DNA of 62,811 nt, from positions 1 through 62,811 of IMG/VR virus record IMGVR_UViG_3300038393_002510. One strand, 5' to 3'. The number at the start of each line of letters is the position of its first letter. Positions within the stretch are counted from its first letter, which is position 1. This document shows, piece by piece, positions 1 through 8,948 of the stretch. A program made the translations under genes and the position numbers. The notes beneath the pieces are model-generated. The model saw only the letters and a program-made list of their open reading frames with translations, did not search any database and was not told the origin of the DNA. Source of the stretch: a virus (Duplodnaviria; Caudoviricetes).

Positions 1-1
1 T

Positions 2-382
2 GCGGTTCACCCAGACGTAGCGGTCGGTGTTGGTGAGCTTGGTCTCGGACCCGCCCGGCTTCAGCTTCGGGAAGGCGATGTGCCGTTCCTTCAGGAGCCC
101 CTTGGGGTTGGCCGTGACCAGGACGCCGATGGTCTCGCCGTGCAGCGTCAGCTTCCAGAAGCGCGGCCCGATCGGCAGGTTCTCGGCCTTGTAGTGCAGG
201 TCGTGCAGGAGCTCCCAGTCCGCCTTGGACCCGCGCTCCACGAACATCTCGTCGATGAGCGAAAAACGGGGCGCTGGCTGGGCGCAGCGCTCGATCAGTG
301 TCTCGGGCGCTTGATACGCGCGGACGCTGCCAGGGAGCTCCCCAGCGCAATCCGCGGGCTGTTCCTGCACAGGGGCGCGCAT
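2..382 (-). CDS. Mom-like GNAT-fold acetyltransferase associated with an ABC ATPase (3' end outside window)
   Basis: Hand-translated, not in the ORF track: MRAPVQ...GSKADWELLHDLHYKAENLPIGPRFWKLTLHGETIGVLV.... The W..L..LHY followed by a beta-strand ending in IG resembles ABC-associated/Mom-like GNATs. ATG at 382 overlaps the HAD stop. Confidence 0.6.
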   Translation of the reverse strand, partial: MRAPVQEQPADCAGELPGSVRAYQAPETLIERCAQPAPRFSLIDEMFVERGSKADWELLHDLHYKAENLPIGPRFWKLTLHGETIGVLVTANPKGLLKERHIAFPKLKPGGSETKLTNTDRYVWVNR

Positions 383-843
383 CAGTAATCGCCCTCGCAC
401 ACCTGGAGGCAGCGCACCCCGTTCTCACGAAACATCTTTGTTACGCTCGCCCGGTCCTCGACGGCGAACAGGATCTCGTAGCCGAGGTCACGGATGTGCT
501 CGAGGACCTCCTTCTTGACCACGGTGTCGGGCCGGCGATCGCCCGCGGGCCGCATGAACAGGCCGTTGAAGCGGATGCCGTTCTGGCGGAGCCAGTGGCT
601 CGTGTTCGTGCGGTCGGTCTCCGGCCGCCCAGTGACCATGAACACGGTCGTGACCGCGTGCATGGCGTTGTTGAGGGTCTTGATCTCGTCGTTGACGGTG
701 TCGAGGTGCGACCGGTCGAAGAACGCCTGCCAGGCCGGGCCGACCTCGTGGGACGGCGTGCCGTCGCGCGGGATCAGGTGGACCCGGTGCTCGGCGTTCG
801 CGAGGGTTCCATCTATATCCATCAAGACACAGGTCAGACGCAT
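382..843 (-). CDS. HAD-family phosphatase (T4 PseT/PNKP 3'-phosphatase-like)
   Basis: DIDGTLA, VTGRPE, MRPAGDRRPD..K and VEDR motifs. Confidence 0.9.
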   Translation of the reverse strand: MRLTCVLMDIDGTLANAEHRVHLIPRDGTPSHEVGPAWQAFFDRSHLDTVNDEIKTLNNAMHAVTTVFMVTGRPETDRTNTSHWLRQNGIRFNGLFMRPAGDRRPDTVVKKEVLEHIRDLGYEILFAVEDRASVTKMFRENGVRCLQVCEGDY

Positions 844-941
844 CAGTGCGCTCCCAAGCTCTGCACGACCAGGAGCGCGACGATGATCGCGGCCCCGAGG
901 GCGAGCCCCAGGAGCGCTTCCTTCGGGCTGCGCGGGCTCAT
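843..941 (-). CDS. small membrane peptide (32 aa)
   Basis: MSPRSPKEALLGLALGAAIIVALLVVQSLGAH; start and stop are coupled to neighbouring genes. Confidence 0.5.
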   Translation of the reverse strand: MSPRSPKEALLGLALGAAIIVALLVVQSLGAH

Positions 942-1213
942 AGGGCGTTTCCGGTGCGCGGGGTGGTCCAGCGGGTCACGATCGGGCAGCTCGAGCCGGA
1001 GGCGCCCGTGATGAGCACTCGGCGGATCGGCTCGTCGAGGTCCTCGAAGCGCAGGTCCTCGAGCACGATGGCGCCGATCGACAGCGTCATGATCGCGGAG
1101 CGGGCCGACGCCTTGACCGTGAGCTGGTCGACGCTGGTCTCGACGAAGTGGGTGCCCTGGGCCTGCACGCTGGTGTGCGGCCCGCGCGGGCGGATGAGCA
1201 GGACGCAGGTCAC
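938..1213 (-). CDS. hypothetical protein
   Basis: GTGA overlap with the upstream stop at 1210-1213; fills the operon. Confidence 0.55.
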   Translation of the reverse strand: MTCVLLIRPRGPHTSVQAQGTHFVETSVDQLTVKASARSAIMTLSIGAIVLEDLRFEDLDEPIRRVLITGASGSSCPIVTRWTTPRTGNAL

Positions 1214-1473
1214 GACACGATCTCCCAGTCGGAGGCCAGGAGGTCGGTCTGCGAGCACAGCCACGGCACGACCTGGCCGTCGGCGGTCTTCATGTCGACG
1301 TGGGCGTGGTAGCGGATCTCCGTGCCCTCGGGGTAGATCCCGAGCAGCGGCGGCCGGTTGACCTTGAAGGTCGAGCCGTTGACCAGGAAGAGGAACATCC
1401 CCTTGCCGTTCCAGCCGGCGCGGGCCACGCGCTTGCCGGCCTTCATCGCCTCGACGGCTTCCCCGATGTTCAT
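1210..1473 (-). CDS. tad2: DUF2829 / Tad2-family anti-defence nucleotide sponge
   Basis: GEAVEAMKAGKRVARAGWNGKGMFL...PWLCSQTDLLASDW matches the DUF2829 signature. Confidence 0.85.
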   Translation of the reverse strand: MNIGEAVEAMKAGKRVARAGWNGKGMFLFLVNGSTFKVNRPPLLGIYPEGTEIRYHAHVDMKTADGQVVPWLCSQTDLLASDWEIVS

Positions 1474-2111
1474 GCTGCTGCCTTTTCGATGTCGACCCGC
1501 TCGCGGAAGCGCTTGGTCAGGGTGAGGGAGGGGGCGAGTTCGGCCGTCAGGTCGGTGTGGGTCGTGGCGACCATCAGCGTCCGGCCCTGCCGGCGCGCGA
1601 CCTTCTGGCTATTGAAGGCGACGACCTTCGCCGTGACCCGGTCGAGCACGGCGCCGAACTCGTCGGCGATCCACACGTCGGCCCCGGACTCGAGGACCTT
1701 TGCGAGCTTCAGGCGGTAGCGCTGGCCGTCGGACAGCTCCGACGGCTTGCGGATGTAGATCCAGGCGTCCGAGATGCCGGCGAGCGCCAGGAGGTGCGTC
1801 GCGTCGGTCATGGAGGTGCCGACCTGCTCGATCACCGGGCGGTCATCGAGGACGATCTCGTTGAGGTCGGCGACCTTGAGGCCACCGGCGCGCATCTGGG
1901 CGGCGAGCTCCTTCAGGAGCAGCGACTTGCCCGAGCCCGACTGGCCGGTGATGTAGACGACGTCGCCGGCGGCCACGTCGACCTGGAGCCCGTCGTAGAT
2001 GACGAACTCCTTGTCGGAGAGGCCCAGGCCGAAGCCCTCGGCGACCTCGAGCACGCGCGGGGTGCGCTCCACCGACGAGGTGAAGCTCTTGGAGATGGTG
2101 TAGGTGGTCAC
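1470..2111 (-). CDS. soluble ABC-family ATPase (phage GNAT-associated type)
   Basis: Walker A GQSGSGKS, signature LSDGQRYR, Walker B WIADEF, H-loop TTH; no permease nearby. Confidence 0.9.
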   Translation of the reverse strand: MTTYTISKSFTSSVERTPRVLEVAEGFGLGLSDKEFVIYDGLQVDVAAGDVVYITGQSGSGKSLLLKELAAQMRAGGLKVADLNEIVLDDRPVIEQVGTSMTDATHLLALAGISDAWIYIRKPSELSDGQRYRLKLAKVLESGADVWIADEFGAVLDRVTAKVVAFNSQKVARRQGRTLMVATTHTDLTAELAPSLTLTKRFRERVDIEKAAA

Positions 2112-2596
2112 GCGCCGTCCTCCGGGTCCAGGTCCGGGTCCTCGGCGTCCATGTCGATGTAGACGGGCGCGTCGGTTGCCTCGAAGGCGGCCGCCGTCGG
2201 CGAGCCGATGCGTGAGAGCACCTCGACCTTGCCTTCGCAGAGGTCGGTGAGGTTCCGCTCCAGGACCTTGAGCGAGCCGAGCATCCGGGCGGCGCCGTCG
2301 GCGACCGAGAGCCCGATGGGCAGCGAGACGTGCGCCTCGAAGACCTTGTCGGCCTCGTTCCAGGTGATCGCCGCGATGCCGCGGGTGAGGCCTTCCTCGA
2401 AGTCCTCGACGAGGCCGGTGACGACCTTCAGGCTCTCGGTGTCGACCGTGCCCTCGGGCAGCTCCTCGGTCTCAGCCTCCTCGGGCGGCGGCTCGTAGGG
2501 CGCCCGGGTGAAGATGTGGAACACCTTCGGGGCGTCCGGGTCGGCCGACACCTCGGTGAAATACTTCTTGCGCAGGTCGTTGAGGGCATCGCTCAT
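2108..2596 (-). CDS. acidic hypothetical protein
   Basis: Coupled ORF with normal codon usage. Confidence 0.7.
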   Translation of the reverse strand: MSDALNDLRKKYFTEVSADPDAPKVFHIFTRAPYEPPPEEAETEELPEGTVDTESLKVVTGLVEDFEEGLTRGIAAITWNEADKVFEAHVSLPIGLSVADGAARMLGSLKVLERNLTDLCEGKVEVLSRIGSPTAAAFEATDAPVYIDMDAEDPDLDPEDGA

Positions 2597-2619
2597 GGGT
2601 GTGTCAGTCCTGACTTACC

Positions 2620-3303
2620 TCAGATGCCGAACTCGGTGAGGAAGCCCATGAAGGCCTCCGCGCCCTTCTTGCCGGTCTCGGCCTCGATCCGGGCCATGAA
2701 CGCCTTCACGCGCCGGCCGTCGGCGACCGACAGCTTGGAGAAGCCGAACACCTCGCCGAGCCGGGCCGGCGCGTCGTCCACGGCCGCGGCCTTGGCGGCG
2801 TTCTCGGTCTGCTGCTCCTGGACGGCCTCGCCGATGTCATCGACGAACGCCTCGTCCAGCATCTCGCCCGGGTCCTCGACCATGAAGTCGAGCTCCCGCT
2901 CGTCGAAGCCGAGGCTGCTCATCTCGATGCCGCCATCCTCGGCGAGCGCCGCGAGGCCCTGGCGCAGCAGGTCGGTGTCGACGTCGGTGTTGACCGCCTG
3001 GTTGTCGGAGAGCCGCAGCGCGTCGGCCTCGGCATCGGTGAGCCCCTTGAGCACGACGACCGGCACGGTGAGCATTCCCAGCTCGATCGCCGCCAGACGC
3101 CGGCCGTGGCCGTTGATGATCTCCTTGGTCTCGCCGCGCACGACGATCGGGTTCGTCCAGACGCCCCGGGCGCGGATGACGCCGGCGAGCTTCTTGGTCG
3201 TGGCCGGCGAGTGCTTCTTGGCGTTCTTGGCGTAGGGGACCAGGTCCGCGACCGGCCAGTGCTCCACGACCAGCTTCGAGAGGTCGATCTTAGGCGTCGT
3301 CAC
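2620..3303 (-). CDS. ParB/Srx N-terminal domain protein
   Basis: LVPYAKNAKKH, PIVV, IINGHGRRLAA, LSDN. Confidence 0.9.
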   Translation of the reverse strand: MTTPKIDLSKLVVEHWPVADLVPYAKNAKKHSPATTKKLAGVIRARGVWTNPIVVRGETKEIINGHGRRLAAIELGMLTVPVVVLKGLTDAEADALRLSDNQAVNTDVDTDLLRQGLAALAEDGGIEMSSLGFDERELDFMVEDPGEMLDEAFVDDIGEAVQEQQTENAAKAAAVDDAPARLGEVFGFSKLSVADGRRVKAFMARIEAETGKKGAEAFMGFLTEFGI

Positions 3304-3481
3304 GGGTCCACTCCCTCAGCATGCCGTAGAGGGCCGCCTCGCTGGGCTCCTCGTCGTCGATCTTGGGGTCGAAATTCTCCCCGGCCTTGCAGCCGAGGCA
3401 GGCCCGCACGAGCCGCGTCACGTCGCAGTGAGTGCATTCCCGGCACTCCGGGAAGCGCGGCTCGATGCGGATGCCGGTCAC
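3290..3481 (-). CDS. small Cys-rich protein
   Basis: CRECTHC...CLGC; overlaps both ParB-like genes. Confidence 0.6.
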   Translation of the reverse strand: MTGIRIEPRFPECRECTHCDVTRLVRACLGCKAGENFDPKIDDEEPSEAALYGMLREWTRDDA

Positions 3482-4206
3482 AGCGGCTCTCCGAAGGCAT
3501 CGTCTTCGGGGACGTCACCCTCGGAGCCTTCCTCCTCGGCGCCGGGCACGGGTGGCACGGCGGCGCCGAGGAGGAGGAAGCAGAGCGCGTCGCCCGCGTT
3601 CATCAGGGCGGTGCCGGCGTCAAAACCCTGGCGCTTGGCCGTGCGGGTGATGAGGTCGGTCAGGCGCTCCGCGTCGGCCAGCGGCACCTGAAAGCGCATC
3701 ATGGCGTGCGTCTTCGGGGCGGTGGCGACCGGGGTCTCGTGTTCCGTTGCGGTTTCGGACTCGGTCTCGTCTAAATCCAAGTCCTCCAGCGCTATAGTCG
3801 AAGACGAGAAGATCGACGTGAGCTCCTCGTCCGTGAAAGGCATGGTCTCCTGAAAGCCCTCGACGTCTCCCAGGCTCTTGAGCAGCAGCGCCAGCTCGCT
3901 GGCGTCGTCCTGCCCGTAGCGGGTGTTGTCGATCAGGCCGATCTTCTTGGCCTCGTCCTCGTCGATCGGGCCGAAGTTCAGCACCGGGACCAGGGGAAGA
4001 CCGAGATCGGTCGCGACCTTCCAGCGATGCTCGCCGCCCAGGATCTCCAGGCCGGTGTCGGTCTCGCGCACCAGGATCGGGCGCACGATGCCGCGCTGCC
4101 GGATGGAGGCGGTGAGCTTGGCCTCGTTGTCCGGCGCGACGTGGTTGGAGTTCCACGGGTTCGGCCGGAGCTCGGACGGCGCGATCTGGAGTGACTTGGG
4201 ATGCAT
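3478..4206 (-). CDS. ParB/Srx N-terminal domain protein
   Basis: LRPNPWNSN, PILVRE, ILGGEHRWKVA, DNTRYG. Confidence 0.9.
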   Translation of the reverse strand: MHPKSLQIAPSELRPNPWNSNHVAPDNEAKLTASIRQRGIVRPILVRETDTGLEILGGEHRWKVATDLGLPLVPVLNFGPIDEDEAKKIGLIDNTRYGQDDASELALLLKSLGDVEGFQETMPFTDEELTSIFSSSTIALEDLDLDETESETATEHETPVATAPKTHAMMRFQVPLADAERLTDLITRTAKRQGFDAGTALMNAGDALCFLLLGAAVPPVPGAEEEGSEGDVPEDDAFGEPL

Positions 4207-4270
4207 GGGAGGATGTGGTAAGTCAGCGCTTACTGACTTGTCAACGCCTCACAGGAGGAAAAAATCAGCC

Positions 4271-5962
4271 GTGACTGACCTGGTGCAGATGGCCGTGGGC
4301 GTCGTGAACGCCCAGCTCGTGAACCCGTCGAAGGCGGTGAAGGCGCTCGCCCACAAGACCCTGTCCTACGTGGTCGAGGGCGCCGAGTTCTCGGGCGCCG
4401 GCAACGGCCAGTGGAACGGCCGCTCCTCGTTCTTCTCGAACCTCAAGCACACCTTCCCCGCGGGCTTCGCGCACCTGCTGCACGCGGAGCTGACCCGGGC
4501 CGGCCACAAGGTCCACCTGGTCAAGAAGCCCCTGCCGGAGCCGCTCGGCCCCGAGGACCCACAGGTGGACGCCTTCGGGAACGACAATCCCGACTACGAC
4601 TACCAGATGCGCACGATCCGGCAGCTCCTCCGGCACGGGCGCGGCATCGCGCAGGTGGCCACCGGTGGAGGAAAGTCGAAAATTTCCAAGCTCGCGGTCG
4701 CGCGCATCCGCCGGCCGACCCTGTTCATCACCACCCGCGGCGTGCTCATGCACCAGATGGCCGACGGCTTCCGGGAGGCCGGCTTCAAGGTCGGGCTGAT
4801 CGGCGACGGCGAGTGGAGCCCGGTGCGCGGCGTCAACTGCGCGATGGTGCAGACGCTGGTCGCCCGGCTCGAGGAGACCGACGTCTCCAAGGAGCTCATC
4901 AAGGGCGTCGAGCGGCGCGCGGCCGCCGAGGAGAAGGCCCGGACCCAGCTCAAGGCGCGGATGAAGCGTGACGGCGCCAAGCCCCGGGACATCGCGCTGG
5001 CGCTCGACAAGCTGGAGAGCAACCAGATCGCGGCCCGGCCGAGCGACGAGGAGATGGCGAAGGAGGCGTCCGCCCGCGCGGTCCAGCAGATGACGCTGCG
5101 GGCGCGCACCATCAAGTTCCTGGAGATGATCGAGCTGGTGATCGGCGAGGAGGCGCACGAGGTCGGCGGCACCAGCTACTTCGAGATCATGCGCCACTGC
5201 CGGAACGCCCACTACCGCCTGGCGCTGACCGCGACCCCGTTCATGCGCGCCGACGCCGCCGACAACATGCGCCTGATGGCCGCCTTCGGCCCCATCCTGA
5301 TCCAGGTCACGGAGAAGGAGCTGATCGACAAGGGCATCCTGGCGAAGCCCTACTTCCGGTTCGTCGACACCCCGACGCCGAAGGGCCTGTTCAAGTCGAC
5401 GCCCTACCAGCGCGCCTACACGATGGGCTACGTCAACAACGTCGTGATGCACCAGGCGATCGTGGCCGAGGCCAAGAAGGCGGCCTCGCTCGGTCAGCCG
5501 GTGATGACCCTGATCCAGCGCACCGCCCACGGCGACATCCTGGTCGAGCTGATGCGCAAGGCGGGCCTGCGCGTCGTGTTCCTGAAGGGCGAGGACGACC
5601 AGAAGGCCCGCAAGCGCGCCCTCGACCAGCTCGCTCGGGGCGAGATCGACGTGCTGATCGGCACGACCATCCTCGACGTCGGCGTGGACGTGCCGGCCGT
5701 GGGTCTCGTGCAGCTCGCCGGCGGCGGCAAGGCGGAAGTCGCGCTCCGGCAGCGGATCGGCCGCGGCGCTCGGCGCAAGAAGACCGGGCCGAACATCTTC
5801 TTCGTCTCGGACTACACCACCGGCCCGAACTCGCACCTGCAGGGCCACGCCCGCGAGCGCCGGGCGATCATCGAGGGCACCGACGGCTTCCGGGAGGGCA
5901 TCCTGAAGGCCGGGGCCGACCACCCCTGGCACCTCGTTTCGGCGACGAAGCGCGCAGCCTGA
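4271..5962 (+). CDS. superfamily 2 (UvsW/ResIII-like) helicase
   Basis: YQ Q-motif, ATGGGKS, GEEAHE, LTATP, DVGVDVP, QRIGRGAR. GTG start at 4271 after AGGAGG. Confidence 0.9.
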   Translation: MTDLVQMAVGVVNAQLVNPSKAVKALAHKTLSYVVEGAEFSGAGNGQWNGRSSFFSNLKHTFPAGFAHLLHAELTRAGHKVHLVKKPLPEPLGPEDPQVDAFGNDNPDYDYQMRTIRQLLRHGRGIAQVATGGGKSKISKLAVARIRRPTLFITTRGVLMHQMADGFREAGFKVGLIGDGEWSPVRGVNCAMVQTLVARLEETDVSKELIKGVERRAAAEEKARTQLKARMKRDGAKPRDIALALDKLESNQIAARPSDEEMAKEASARAVQQMTLRARTIKFLEMIELVIGEEAHEVGGTSYFEIMRHCRNAHYRLALTATPFMRADAADNMRLMAAFGPILIQVTEKELIDKGILAKPYFRFVDTPTPKGLFKSTPYQRAYTMGYVNNVVMHQAIVAEAKKAASLGQPVMTLIQRTAHGDILVELMRKAGLRVVFLKGEDDQKARKRALDQLARGEIDVLIGTTILDVGVDVPAVGLVQLAGGGKAEVALRQRIGRGARRKKTGPNIFFVSDYTTGPNSHLQGHARERRAIIEGTDGFREGILKAGADHPWHLVSATKRAA

Positions 5963-5979
5963 TCCCTATAGAGAGCCCC

Positions 5980-6186
5980 ATGAGCCAGAAGCCGCGCCTC
6001 GTCGACCCGGTTCACCTCTTCGATGAGCGTGGGCACGCCCTGTCGTCCTACGACGTCCAGGACGCCCGCATCCGGGCGCTGGAAGCCGAGAACCGGCGGT
6101 TGCGCTCGAACCTCGAGCGGATCAACGCGATCCTGACCAAGAGCAGGGCCGCGAACGCCGAGAAGTCACCGCCCCGTCTGCACTAG
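5980..6186 (+). CDS. small coiled-coil hypothetical protein
   Basis: ORF directly after the helicase. Confidence 0.6.
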   Translation: MSQKPRLVDPVHLFDERGHALSSYDVQDARIRALEAENRRLRSNLERINAILTKSRAANAEKSPPRLH

Positions 6187-6252
6187 CAGCGCGGGGTTTT
6201 CTCGTTTCCCACCAAGGGCTTAGTGTGCCCTGCAACATAAGTCAGCACTGAC

Positions 6253-6843
6253 ATGACACACGACGTCACCATCCCCCGCTACATCGCGCTGTGCGGCAAC
6301 CCGGGCTCGGGCAAGAGCACCGTCCAGCAGATCCTCCGCGACAGCTACGGCGTGCAGCCGGTCGACGACGGCCACGTGATCCGCGCGATCGCCGTCGAGC
6401 ACATGGGCCTCACCTGGGACCAGGTCCGCACCCAGGAGGGCAAGCGCGAGACCGTGCATCTCGCCGGCAAGGACTGGATCGTCCGCGACCTGCTCGGCCA
6501 GATCGGCAACCAGCTCGAGGCGCTGCTCGGCCCACACGCGATGCCGTTCCTGGCTGAGCGCCTGGTCGCCGACAAGCCGGGCTCGTTCTCGTTCGGCTCC
6601 ACGCGCCGCGACCAGGGCGCCTATTTCCGGGAGCGCGGCGGCGTCGTGATCGAGATCGTCAGCCCGAACGCCCCGCCCTCCCCTTACGCGTTCGACCGCT
6701 ACGACCCGAGCGTCGTGGACGTGACGATCCAGAACGATGGCGTGAGTCTGCGTAACCTGGAGCGGGCCGTGTTCGACGCCCTGAAGGAACTCGAGGCGCG
6801 CCGCACCGAGTGGCTCTCGCGCGTGCTGCGGAAGGTCGCGTGA
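6253..6843 (+). CDS. deoxynucleoside monophosphate kinase-like P-loop protein
   Basis: IALCGNPGSGKST, RDLLGQIG, IQNDG. Confidence 0.75.
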   Translation: MTHDVTIPRYIALCGNPGSGKSTVQQILRDSYGVQPVDDGHVIRAIAVEHMGLTWDQVRTQEGKRETVHLAGKDWIVRDLLGQIGNQLEALLGPHAMPFLAERLVADKPGSFSFGSTRRDQGAYFRERGGVVIEIVSPNAPPSPYAFDRYDPSVVDVTIQNDGVSLRNLERAVFDALKELEARRTEWLSRVLRKVA

Positions 6844-6958
6844 TGATGCGCTGGGCGGACTTCTGGCTCCGGGCTGCGATGACCGCCCAGGGCCTCACCA
6901 TCTGCTACTGGACGGCCGTCTCGCGTGAGGCGGCCGCCATGCTCGAGGAGGACGCGCG

Positions 6959-7732
6959 ATGAGCTTCGACCTGTTCGGCAGCCCCGCGAACTGGGTGACG
7001 TCGACCAGCACCGCGATCGCCCCCTACAGCACCGCTCCCATCAAGGGCACCCGGGCGCCGCACGATCACCTCGAGGTCCGCTGCGATCACACCAACCGGC
7101 TGCTCGGCTGGCTGTCGGGCATCAACGCCCGGAAGGTGCCGGCCGACGAGCCGCTCGTGTTCATGGCCGATACCGGCGACCTGGTGATCGAGGACGAGGA
7201 CGGGGTTCACACGCAGGGCCTCGCCACCGAGGTCCGGGTCGCAGGCTTCGAGGCGACCTTCTCGCGCTACCTCGACGTCTCGGAGATCACCAACACGCTG
7301 CACCAGACGGTCCCGGAATACGCCAACCGCACCGTGCTGCCCGACAAGAAGACCTGCCGCTACGACTGGGCCGCGGCCGTGGTCGAGCCGCACGAGCACG
7401 AGGAGCTCTTCGACTTCGACAACTTCATCCCCTACGGGGTCGAGAACAAGGAGCTCGTGGACGCCGAGGCGCGCTTCCACCGGCTCGCCCGGCCCGCGGG
7501 ACTGGGCCCCTCCCCGCTCCTGAAGCCGGCGACCACGGCGCCCGCTGTCTCGACGCTGGGGCTCGCCACCAAGGCCAGCCAGGACCTCACCAAGGCGCTC
7601 ACGGGCGCGAAGGTGCCGGTCTCGGAGCTGGGGAAGACGCTCAACCAGCTCGGGGCGGCTGCCATGAAGGCCGGGACCGAGATGAACCGTGTGATCGAGC
7701 AGCAGCTCGGCAAGGCGATCCAGGGACGCTGA
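6959..7732 (+). CDS. hypothetical protein
   Basis: GAGGAGG RBS; normal codon usage. Confidence 0.7.
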   Translation: MSFDLFGSPANWVTSTSTAIAPYSTAPIKGTRAPHDHLEVRCDHTNRLLGWLSGINARKVPADEPLVFMADTGDLVIEDEDGVHTQGLATEVRVAGFEATFSRYLDVSEITNTLHQTVPEYANRTVLPDKKTCRYDWAAAVVEPHEHEELFDFDNFIPYGVENKELVDAEARFHRLARPAGLGPSPLLKPATTAPAVSTLGLATKASQDLTKALTGAKVPVSELGKTLNQLGAAAMKAGTEMNRVIEQQLGKAIQGR

Positions 7733-7983
7733 GCGAGCCTGAAGGTGACGCCCGCGCCAGCGGGCGGAAGCCGAGCGGGCTCGCGCCCCAAGGGCCAGAG
7801 CGTCGAGATCCTGAGAACCTGAGAACCGAGAGCCAAGGTCCGGGAGCCTGAGATCCGCTCGACCGTCCACCAAGGCTCAGTTCCAACTGAGCGGCTACCG
7901 TCCGCCAAGGGTCGATCTGGGGAGTGCGCGGCAACCCGTGGCATAGCCTCCGAGGGCGTGCGAAATCCCTAGGACTTCGCACT

Positions 7984-8016
7984 GTGTCCGACCCGCTACA
8001 GTGGCAGGTCGGACAC
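7984..8016. terminator. hairpin between convergent genes
   Basis: GTGTCCGACC / GGTCGGACAC 10-bp inverted repeat. Confidence 0.55.
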
Positions 8017-8021
8017 GCCCC

Positions 8022-8138
8022 TCAGTAATCGCAATCTGTGGCGAAGAAGTGACGTATGGCCCGAAGGACACGACGCTTGAAAGTGTAGTGGAGCGCGAAG
8101 GTCTCGGCGTTCATCTCGGCGATATCGGAGAGGGTCAT
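8022..8138 (-). CDS. small hypothetical protein (38 aa)
   Basis: MTLSDIAEMNAETFALHYTFKRR...; shares the leader motif found upstream of the 8948 gene. Confidence 0.45.
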   Translation of the reverse strand: MTLSDIAEMNAETFALHYTFKRRVLRAIRHFFATDCDY

Positions 8139-8251
8139 CTGTCTAACTCGCTTCTGTGTTGCTGACGATTACTTGTCGCACGCCCCCGACAGGGGGTCAA
8201 GTCACCGGTGACTTATCAACAGCGTGCGAGAAAATCGCATTAGCGCGTCGG

Positions 8252-8316
8252 TGAGACGCTTCGCGCGTCTCAGAGCTAGATCTGCTCACTGAGACGCTTC
8301 GCGCGTCTCAGTGAGC
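8252..8316 (-). terminator. two tandem hairpins downstream of the GG/CC-free gene
   Basis: TGAGACGC-TTCGC-GCGTCTCA (8252-8272) and a 14-bp perfect stem GCTCACTGAGACGC/GCGTCTCAGTGAGC (8284-8316); both are GG/CC-free. Confidence 0.7.
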
Positions 8317-8327
8317 TTGCTAGACGC

Positions 8328-8948
8328 TTAGAGCGCGACGCTCAGAGCTTTAGCTAGACGCTTCGTCGTTGCAGCGCTCAGATTGAGCGAATATGCAACT
8401 TCATTGCGTTCATCGCGCGTTTCTTTGAGAACGTCGAACATTTGCAGCGCGTTAATGCTGCTAGAGCTTTGCGTGTCAGCAGTATTCGCTGCAACAGTCT
8501 TAGCATAGCGCACGATATGTTGAGCTTTTGCAGCGTCAGCGCGCAGATCAACACACAGCGACGCTTGTGCATCTTTGTGCGTCATCGTCATGTTAGCTTT
8601 CGTGAGCTTAAGAGCAGTCAAGAAAATGCAGCGCGTGTAATTGTTGAGCGTATCAGCAGCAGCAGCAGAGCGCGCAATGTTAGCGACTTTCTGAGCGCTA
8701 TAGACGTTGAAGCGCTTGTTGCGACGCTCTTGACGATTGATAAAGTTAGCGTCGACGTTTGCGCTGTGCATAACTTTAACGACAGCTTCGTGAGAGAAAT
8801 CAATCGCGAGATTGTCGAGAGTCTTTTGAATGTTCGTGTTCTCAGCGTTGCACTCAATCTCATAAGACTTGCGAGCAGCGATCGACGTCTGAAGAGCGAC
8901 GCTGTAGTTCGCGACAGCTTCGTTCTGAGCGTTGTTGAGCTTCGTCAT
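8328..8948 (-). CDS. GG/CC-free gene; 206-aa putative winged-helix protein lacking Gly, Pro and Trp; paralog of 10253-11194
   Basis: ATG at 8948 (MTKLNNAQ...). Aligns with 10253-11194 (NIQKTL/NIHKTL, VDANFINR/VDPSFINR, FNVYSAQKVA/YNVYAVDKVA, TQSSS/TQASS, TKRL). Confidence 0.85.
   Translation of the reverse strand: MTKLNNAQNEAVANYSVALQTSIAARKSYEIECNAENTNIQKTLDNLAIDFSHEAVVKVMHSANVDANFINRQERRNKRFNVYSAQKVANIARSAAAADTLNNYTRCIFLTALKLTKANMTMTHKDAQASLCVDLRADAAKAQHIVRYAKTVAANTADTQSSSSINALQMFDVLKETRDERNEVAYSLNLSAATTKRLAKALSVAL

Noticed and set aside
1470-2111. ABC transporter
   Set aside because: No permease or substrate-binding protein; the context is ParB/GNAT
2620-4206. ParB-like genes as the plasmid partition system
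   Set aside because: No adjacent ParA and no evident HTH; a complete ParA-RHH-repeat cassette exists at 25.8-28.1 kb
5146-5160. Helicase inactivated by EEAH instead of DEAH
   Set aside because: All other motifs are intact and the change is conservative; not enough to call a pseudogene
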